Of a DNA stretch of 46,344 bases, positions 40,022 to 46,344 are shown in pieces. A model generated the notes under the pieces. That model had not been told where the DNA came from and did no database searches. It worked only from the letters and a program-made list of their open reading frames with translations. The position numbers were made by a program, and so were the translations under genes. How positions within the stretch are numbered: position 1 is the first letter of the stretch; every line of letters starts with the position of its first letter. This DNA is from Caulobacteraceae bacterium (lineage in GTDB: Bacteria > Pseudomonadota > Alphaproteobacteria > Caulobacterales > Caulobacteraceae): contig DATBOH010000136.1 of assembly GCA_036553915.1 (NCBI GenBank), positions 1-46,344 on the forward strand, read 5' to 3'.

Positions 40022-41229
40022 GGCGCGGAGGTAGGCTCGAGGCCATCGAGCGTCAAGGCGGGCGGGGGCGCCAGTTTGACCATGGGCCTGATCTGCTGAT
40101 CGACCAAGGTCGGCTCGGTGATCTTGCGGTCAGCGCTGTCGGCCTTCAACTCCTCGAAGCGGCGAGCCTGGCTCATCACCTGCGTCTCGAGGGATCCGAC
40201 AAAAGCGTTGTACTTGCCCACCGCCGAGGCCAGCGCCTTGCCGACACCGTCGACATGCCCGCCCATTGTCGCCAGGCGCCGGTGCAGCTCGGCCCCGAGG
40301 GCGGCGATTTCCTTGGCGTTGAGCGATTGTTGCTCCATGCGCCAGCCGAACAGAACCGCCTTGCAGAGCGCGAACAGGCTGGCTGGCGTCACCAGCACCA
40401 CACCCTTGTCGAGGGCGAAATTGTGCAGCTGGGTGTCTCGATCGACGGCTGCCGCCAGCATGCCGTCACCGGGTACGAACATGACCACGAACTCGGGGGA
40501 CGAGTCGAAACTGCGCCAATAGGCCTTGGCGCCCAGAGTGTTGATATGGCCGCGCAAACTGAGAACATGGCGGACGTAGGCTTCCTCGCGGGCCGCATCG
40601 TCTGGGGCATCCAGCGCCTCGAGATAGGCGCCCGTCGAACATTTGGAGTCGATCACGAAAACGCCGCCAGGAAGCTTGACCAGCACATCGGGCCGCTGGG
40701 CGCGGCCATCGGCGTCGCTGACGGTGACCTGCTCGTAGAAATCGGTTCCGGCCTTCATGCCGGCCCGCTCCAGAACATTGTGCAGCATGGTCTCGCCCCA
40801 GCGCCCCTGGACCCCGGCCCCGGTCTTCAGCGCTGTTGTCAGGCGTCGCGCCTCGGCTTGGGTGGCGTTGGTCGCCTCCATCAGGGATTTCAGCTGCTGG
40901 GCGAGGCCGCCGGCGTCGCGGGCCTGGGCCTTTTCCTGCTCGGCGATCTTCTGCTCGAACTTGGTCAGGGTGTCGGCGACCGGCTTGAGTTGGGCGGCGA
41001 TTTTTTCCTGGCTCAGGGTGTTCTGGGCGGCAAAGGTCTCGGCGGCCCGCTTGACCAGCACGTCGGCGACGGCGTTGGCCGACAGCGCCGCCTGGGCCTT
41101 GACCGTCTCCTCCACGAGATCGGCGCGCGCCTGGCCGGCCTGGGCGCGAATGGCCCGGCCGCGCTCGACCACCGCCCAGCCGACCGCGGCCAGGAATAGG
41201 GCGAGAAGGACGAGATCGAGGGCGTTCAT
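40018..41229 (-). CDS. rmuC: DNA recombination protein RmuC
   Basis: N-terminal TM and coiled coil; GRWGE, RPD, IDSK, FVVMFVP. Confidence 0.92.
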   Translation of the reverse strand: MNALDLVLLALFLAAVGWAVVERGRAIRAQAGQARADLVEETVKAQAALSANAVADVLVKRAAETFAAQNTLSQEKIAAQLKPVADTLTKFEQKIAEQEKAQARDAGGLAQQLKSLMEATNATQAEARRLTTALKTGAGVQGRWGETMLHNVLERAGMKAGTDFYEQVTVSDADGRAQRPDVLVKLPGGVFVIDSKCSTGAYLEALDAPDDAAREEAYVRHVLSLRGHINTLGAKAYWRSFDSSPEFVVMFVPGDGMLAAAVDRDTQLHNFALDKGVVLVTPASLFALCKAVLFGWRMEQQSLNAKEIAALGAELHRRLATMGGHVDGVGKALASAVGKYNAFVGSLETQVMSQARRFEELKADSADRKITEPTLVDQQIRPMVKLAPPPALTLDGLEPTSAP

Positions 41230-41238
41230 GCTCCGTTC
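41224..41238 (-). promoter_or_regulatory. Alphaproteobacterial LexA (SOS) box
   Basis: GTTC-ATGCTCC-GTTC (GAAC-N7-GAAC on the minus strand) overlapping the rmuC RBS and ATG. Confidence 0.65.
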
Positions 41239-41340
41239 TTTACCAGAGTCGCGCCTCTGGAGCCAATTGTGAGTCGGCCCTCACGGCGTTGCGGGCGCGG
41301 GCGCCGCGGCGCTTGGCGTGGGCTCTGGGGCCGCCTCCAT

Positions 41341-42060
41341 CTACCTGGGCTCCGATGCGCTCAGCGGCGGGAGCGGGCCGCAGATGGCCAGAAGGTCCTT
41401 GTCGTCGGCGGGCGTTTTCTCGGCTTCGGCGACCTCATTCGGTGCGAGGAGCCCGGTCGCCTTCACGGCGAGGCGCAGACGGGCGCTGGCTTGGCGCATG
41501 CCGATGTCGGAATCCTTGGCCCGCGCCAGGGCGATCCTAAGCTGCTCGGCTTCGGCGTCGCTCAGCCGGCGGCCGGGCCCATAGAGGCTGCCGAGGATGG
41601 TCCACTGGTCGTGCTCCTGATCGCTGAGGTCGCTGAGGTAGCGGGTAAGCTGGGCAATCTCGGTGTAGGCGATCTGCTTGCCGCGCGGCAGATGCGAGAC
41701 GGTCTGGCTGGCCACCAGGGCGTCCCAAGCCCTGATCGTCCATGGCGTATAGGGTGGGTGGCCGATTGGGCCGGACGGCGGCAAGGCGCCATCGACGGTG
41801 GCGGTCTGAACGACCCCGGTCAGGGCGTCCAGACGCCGGGCGATGCAGACGCTTGCTATGTCTCGCCGGGCCGCGTTTTGCAGTTCACGGGCGTAGTCGC
41901 GCTTCAGCGACGCCTCGCCGGCCTCGGCCTGATGGCGCCAGTGCAGCGCCTCGATCAGTTGTTCGCCGCTGAGCGCAATGGCGATGCCGATGACAATGAC
42001 GCCGACCTCGCTCAGCAGTTCGCGCCAACCGTGCACGGCCTTAGGTCTGTGGACTTCCAT
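41341..42060 (-). CDS. Hypothetical membrane-anchored protein
   Basis: GAGG RBS; WRELLSEVGVIVIGIAIAL TM segment, then a helical domain. Confidence 0.7.
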   Translation of the reverse strand: MEVHRPKAVHGWRELLSEVGVIVIGIAIALSGEQLIEALHWRHQAEAGEASLKRDYARELQNAARRDIASVCIARRLDALTGVVQTATVDGALPPSGPIGHPPYTPWTIRAWDALVASQTVSHLPRGKQIAYTEIAQLTRYLSDLSDQEHDQWTILGSLYGPGRRLSDAEAEQLRIALARAKDSDIGMRQASARLRLAVKATGLLAPNEVAEAEKTPADDKDLLAICGPLPPLSASEPR

Positions 42061-42066
42061 GCCGCC

Positions 42067-42993
42067 TCACCCCTCCTCGGCCCAAGCCCTGATCAGCTGG
42101 TGGGCGATGGCCAGAGTTCCGGGGGCGCGGGCATCCGGATGCTTTCCGGCCACCAGCTGGCGGGCTTCGTCTCGGCTGAACCAGCGCACCTCGTCGAGTT
42201 CGACCGCGTCGGCGCGGGCCTCGCCCGGGGCGAGCTCGGCGATCAGGCCGATCATCAGCGACATCGGATAGGGCCATGGCTGGGTGGAATGGTAGCGCAC
42301 CTTCAGCGTGTCCACCGCCGCTTCTTCCTTGAGTTCGCGCGCGCAGGCTTCTTCGATCGACTCGCCCGGCTCGACGAAGCCGGCCAACGCCGAATACATG
42401 CCCTGGGGCCAAAGGCCCTGGCGTCCGAGCAGACAGCGCTCGCCCTCGACCGGCAACATGATCACCACCGGATCGGTGCGCGGAAAATGCTGGGTCTCGC
42501 AACTCGGACACTGGCGCTTCCAGCCGCCCTCGGCGACCGTGGTCGGGCTCCCGCAGGCGGCGCAGAAACGATGTTTGCGCCGCCATTCGAACACCTGGCG
42601 GGCCGTGGCCAGCAGGGCGGCCTCGGCGGCCGGCAGCTCGGTCGCGACGGCGCGCAATTCCTCGAAGCGGCCCAGCCCTCGCAGCGGACCATCGGCCGGA
42701 TCAGCCTCGCCCTCCAGGTCGAGCGCGAACACCGCGATCTCATTCCATAGGCCCAGGAACAGCAGCCGCTCGCCGTCGCCGGCCAGGGTTTTGGCCATCT
42801 TCGCCGCCAGATAGGCGACCTGAACGCCTTTGACCTTGGCGTCCTCGACCAGCGGCTTGCCGTTCCAAAGCACGGCCGCCAGGGAGTCCGGATCGGCGAG
42901 GCGCGCCGCCAGCCAGTCGGGATCGGCGCGCCTGTAGGAGCAGCGCTCAAGCGGATTGCCGGCGAAAACGTTGACGAAGCTGTCGAGGGCCAT
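42067..42993 (-). CDS. nudC: NAD(+) diphosphatase / NAD-capped RNA hydrolase
   Basis: Zn ribbon FCAACG...CPSC, FPRTDP, Nudix box AGFVEPGESIEEACARELKEE, QPWPYP. Confidence 0.95.
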   Translation of the reverse strand: MALDSFVNVFAGNPLERCSYRRADPDWLAARLADPDSLAAVLWNGKPLVEDAKVKGVQVAYLAAKMAKTLAGDGERLLFLGLWNEIAVFALDLEGEADPADGPLRGLGRFEELRAVATELPAAEAALLATARQVFEWRRKHRFCAACGSPTTVAEGGWKRQCPSCETQHFPRTDPVVIMLPVEGERCLLGRQGLWPQGMYSALAGFVEPGESIEEACARELKEEAAVDTLKVRYHSTQPWPYPMSLMIGLIAELAPGEARADAVELDEVRWFSRDEARQLVAGKHPDARAPGTLAIAHQLIRAWAEEG

Positions 42994-43062
42994 GGGGCCT
43001 CTTACGGCCTCGCCGTCGGCGGGGGAATGCGGCGAGCGCGTCTCAGGCGTTCAGCGCTCCGC

Positions 43063-43746
43063 TCAGCGGATCTCGGGCTCCTCGACCGAGACCGCCATGC
43101 GCGCCCTCAGCGGAATGTCGGCGGCCGCCTCGGCCGGCCCGGCCGGCCCGATGTGCGCCATCACCTGACGCACATAGTTCTGCGTCTCCCGATAGGGCGG
43201 AACGCCGCCATGGCGATCGACGGCTCCGGGACCGGCGTTGTAGGCGGCCAGGGCCCTGGAGGTGTCGCCGTCATATCGGTGCATCATCTTCGACAGATAG
43301 ATGACCCCGCCTTCGATATTGCCAGCCTGGTCATCGGCGTCGACACCGAGCGCGCGCGCCGTCGAGGGTTCGAGCTGCATGGTCCCGCGCGCCCCCTTGG
43401 CCGAGACGGCGGCCTGATGATAGCGCGACTCCTGCCAGGCGACGGCGCGCACCAGATTCTCATCGACCTGATGGCGCTCGGCGGAATCGTGGATGGCGGT
43501 GGCGATTTCCGGCGGCGGGGCCGGGGCGGCGTCGCCGCTGGCGCCATGGCGGCGATGGACAATCCGGCCGCCGACGATGCGGGCCCCGGGTTGGGCCCCG
43601 GGCGACATGCGCTGGCTGGCGCCATCGTACATCACCACCGAGCCGTCGACGTGGACTTCGAGCTGCGCGTCGGCGCCACCGGCGACCAGGCTGACGAGCA
43701 GGGCGAGCGCCCCCGCGCCGACGTATTGTCCGAAAAGCCCCCGCAT
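43063..43746 (-). CDS. SLT-domain lytic transglycosylase, exported
   Basis: Signal peptide; QES, GARGTMQL, ALAAYNAG, ETQNYV. Confidence 0.9.
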   Translation of the reverse strand: MRGLFGQYVGAGALALLVSLVAGGADAQLEVHVDGSVVMYDGASQRMSPGAQPGARIVGGRIVHRRHGASGDAAPAPPPEIATAIHDSAERHQVDENLVRAVAWQESRYHQAAVSAKGARGTMQLEPSTARALGVDADDQAGNIEGGVIYLSKMMHRYDGDTSRALAAYNAGPGAVDRHGGVPPYRETQNYVRQVMAHIGPAGPAEAAADIPLRARMAVSVEEPEIR

Positions 43747-43944
43747 GGCGTCGCCCCAGCGCCGTCTCCCCGACGATCGGCCTATACTGCCTCAAGTTGG
43801 CGCGCCTGGCAAAGCTGCCGCGCCGCGGCGATCGGCCGCGCCGGCCTCGACCGCTCCTTGACCCTGGCGCAGCCGGGCGGCCGCGACGCGGACGATTGCG
43901 CGTCGCCGCGCTTGCGCCCGTGAGCCGGCCACGCGATATAGGCC

Positions 43945-44041
43945 GTGGAGATCGGCGATGGGCGGAGGCCTCGCCAACCCGGTCAGGTCCGGAAGGAAGC
44001 AGCCGTAACGAGATTCACTCCGGGTCGTTGCCGGTCTCCAC
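43945..44041 (+). ncRNA. ffs: Signal recognition particle RNA (4.5S)
   Basis: Conserved GGTCAGGTCCGGAAGGAAGCAGCC domain; terminal stem GTGGAGATCGGC/GCCGGTCTCCAC; upstream of dnaX. Confidence 0.96.
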
Positions 44042-44075
44042 CTTTCACCGTTCAGGCCCGGGCCGCCGCACGCCG

Positions 44076-45848
44076 ATGACCGACATTGTGGCCGAGCCCG
44101 AAGTACGCGACGACGCCACCGCTGAAATGTTTGGCAGCCTGGACGCGGCCTCGCCCGAGGCCGCCTATACGGTCATCGCCCGCAAATACCGGCCGCGCAG
44201 CTTCGCGCAGCTGATCGGCCAGGAGGCCATGGTCAGGACCCTGACCAACGCCTTCGCGGCCCGACGCATCGCCCACGCCTTCATGCTCACCGGCGTGCGC
44301 GGGGTCGGCAAGACGACCACCGCCCGGCTGCTGGCCCGGGCCCTCAACTATGAGAGCGACACCGTCCAGGAGCCGAGCCTGACGGATCTGGCGGTCGAGG
44401 GCCGGCACTGCCGCGCCATTCTCGAGGGCCGCCACCTCGATGTGCTCGAGCTCGACGCCGCCTCGCGCAGCAAGGTCGACGAGATGCGCGAGCTGCTCGA
44501 CGGGGTGCGCTACGCCCCGGCCCAGGCCCGCTACAAGGTCTACATCATCGACGAAGTCCACATGCTCTCGACACAGGCGTTCAACGCCCTGCTGAAGACC
44601 CTCGAAGAGCCGCCGCCGCACGCCAAGTTCATCTTCGCCACCACCGAGATCCGCAAGGTGCCGGTGACCATCCTGTCGCGCTGCCAACGCTTCGATCTGC
44701 GCCGGGTCGAGCCGGAGGTGATCGCCGCCAGTCTCGCCGCCATCGCCGAGGCCGAAGGATTTTCCGTCGAGAGCGAAGCCCTGGCGATGATCGCGCGGGC
44801 CGCCGAGGGCTCGGTGCGCGACGCCCAGTCGCTGCTCGACCAGGCGCTCGTCCAGGCCGAGGCCGGGGCCCCCTTGGGGGCGGCGGCGGTGCGCGACATG
44901 CTGGGTCTGGCGGACCGCGGCCGCACCATCGCCCTGTTCGAGGCGGCGGTGCGCGGCGAGGCCGGCGCGGCCATCGCCGCCTGGCGCGAACTCTACGCCT
45001 TCGGGGCTGACGCCGCGACCACGGTGGGCGATCTGCTGGAGCACTGCCACGCGGCCGCCCTCGCCAAGACCTTAGGTCCGGACAGCCTGGGTCTGCCCAA
45101 GGACCAGGCGGCGCGGTTGACGGCGCTCGGCGCGGCCATGTCGGCCGGCGTGCTGTCGCGCCTGTGGCAATTGTTGCTCAAGGCTCTGGCCGAGGTGCGC
45201 GCCGCTCCCGATCCGGCCGCCGCCCTGGAGATGAGTCTCATCCGCCTGGCCTATGCCGCCGACCTCCCGGGCCCCGAGGAGGCGTTGAAGGCCCTGCGCG
45301 AGGCGCCGACCGGCGCCCCGGCGGCTCCTGCGCCAAGCGGTGGCGGGGGTGGTGGGGGGCGCGCCAATCTGGCGCTGGCGCCAAGGTCTCTGGCCGAGCC
45401 CCGGGCGGTCGCCGCGCCTCAGATCGAGGCGCCCGCCCTGCAATCCTTCGAGGCGGTGGCGCGACTGATCGACGAGCGCCGCGACATCGCCCTCAAGCTC
45501 GATGTCGAGCGCTATGTGCGGCTGATCAGCTTTCGCCCCGGAGCGATCGAATTCGCCCCGGCCGAAGGCGCGCCGGCCGATCTCGCCCAGCGACTGGCCG
45601 GGCGGCTAAAGCAGTGGACCGGCCAGACCTGGCTGGTGGCGGCGCAGGCAAGCGGCGGGGCCGAAACCCTGGCCGAGCAGCAGCGGCGCACGCACGACAA
45701 GAGTCGGGCCGACGCCTTGGCCGAACCGTTTGTCCAAGCGGTGATGGCGGCGTTTCCAGGAACCGAACTTGTCGAGGTGCGGCAGATGGCGGCTATTCCG
45801 GCCCCAGAGCCGACGCCGGGCAGCGACGATCAGGAGGACTTGGCGTGA
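44076..45848 (+). CDS. dnaX: DNA polymerase III subunit gamma/tau
   Basis: ARKYRP, GVRGVGKTT, IIDEVHML, LLKTLEEPP, SRC. Confidence 0.97.
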   Translation: MTDIVAEPEVRDDATAEMFGSLDAASPEAAYTVIARKYRPRSFAQLIGQEAMVRTLTNAFAARRIAHAFMLTGVRGVGKTTTARLLARALNYESDTVQEPSLTDLAVEGRHCRAILEGRHLDVLELDAASRSKVDEMRELLDGVRYAPAQARYKVYIIDEVHMLSTQAFNALLKTLEEPPPHAKFIFATTEIRKVPVTILSRCQRFDLRRVEPEVIAASLAAIAEAEGFSVESEALAMIARAAEGSVRDAQSLLDQALVQAEAGAPLGAAAVRDMLGLADRGRTIALFEAAVRGEAGAAIAAWRELYAFGADAATTVGDLLEHCHAAALAKTLGPDSLGLPKDQAARLTALGAAMSAGVLSRLWQLLLKALAEVRAAPDPAAALEMSLIRLAYAADLPGPEEALKALREAPTGAPAAPAPSGGGGGGGRANLALAPRSLAEPRAVAAPQIEAPALQSFEAVARLIDERRDIALKLDVERYVRLISFRPGAIEFAPAEGAPADLAQRLAGRLKQWTGQTWLVAAQASGGAETLAEQQRRTHDKSRADALAEPFVQAVMAAFPGTELVEVRQMAAIPAPEPTPGSDDQEDLA

Positions 45849-46165
45849 AAGATTTGGGATCGTTGATGAAGCAGGCCCAGGCCATGCAGCAGAAGCTGCA
45901 GGAGGCCCAGGCCCGGCTCGCTGAGAGCGAGATCGAGGGCGCGTCGGGCGGCGGCCTGGTCAAGCTCACCCTACGCGGGACTGGCGAAATCTTTGGCCTC
46001 AGCATCGACGAGAGCCTGATGAAGCCCGGCGAAGGCGAGATCGTCGCCGACCTGGTGATCGCCGCCCACGCCGAGGCCAAGCGCAAGCTCGATGAGGCCC
46101 AGGCCGGCGTGGTGCGCGAGGCGGCCGGCCCATTCGCCGGCCTGCCGGGGATGCCGAAGTTCTGA
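45845..46165 (+). CDS. ybaB: YbaB/EbfC nucleoid-associated protein
   Basis: [26 protein letters not shown]; between dnaX and recR. Confidence 0.92.
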   Translation: MKDLGSLMKQAQAMQQKLQEAQARLAESEIEGASGGGLVKLTLRGTGEIFGLSIDESLMKPGEGEIVADLVIAAHAEAKRKLDEAQAGVVREAAGPFAGLPGMPKF

Positions 46166-46344
46166 TGGCCGCATCGGTCGGGCCGGAAATCGACCGGCTC
46201 ATCGTCCTGCTGGCCAAGCTGCCCGGCCTGGGGCCGCGCTCGGCCCGGCGGGCGGCCCTGACGCTCTTAAAGCGCAGAGACCAGCTGCTCACGCCTTTGG
46301 TTCAGGCCTTGGCGGTCGCCGCCGAGCGGGTGCGGCCGTGCGGG
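46165..46344 (+). CDS. recR: Recombination mediator RecR (partial, runs off the window)
   Basis: [35 protein letters not shown] helix-hairpin-helix N-terminus. Confidence 0.92.
   Translation, partial: MAASVGPEIDRLIVLLAKLPGLGPRSARRAALTLLKRRDQLLTPLVQALAVAAERVRPCG

Noticed and set aside
43797-44075. 93-aa N-terminal extension of DnaX
   Set aside because: It runs through the SRP RNA gene and its promoter; ATG 44076 fits normal DnaX length

Overview
High-GC alphaproteobacterial chromosome segment; gene order and protein style point to Caulobacteraceae (inference). It is mostly core genome: tRNA-Ala(CGC), chvI-chvG-hprK-EIIA-HPr-ahcY, asd/leuB/leuD, phaR/phaAB, metXW, gluQ, dapE, rmuC-def-fmt-truA, nudC and ffs-dnaX-ybaB-recR. 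Accessory genes are interspersed: vapBC, a sulfotransferase, a Kdo-hydroxylase-like gene, a YtrA-type ABC module and two TetR modules. I saw no CRISPR array, intact transposase or prophage. The best candidate for an undescribed system is at 33.3-34.3 kb. There a TetR gene is divergent from an unannotated 35-aa hydrophobic peptide gene; a near-consensus promoter for the peptide is covered by three 19-bp palindromic boxes, and its UTRs could form alternative pairings. Other signals missing from the ORF track are an integration scar and 5'-truncated PIN toxin behind the tRNA, a probable CDF-transporter remnant next to a repeat element with a triplicated end, a LexA box on the rmuC start, an EcfG-type promoter for a small lipoprotein, and a Gly7 tract in DnaX. 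All calls come from motif recognition by eye; no database searches or folding programs were run.
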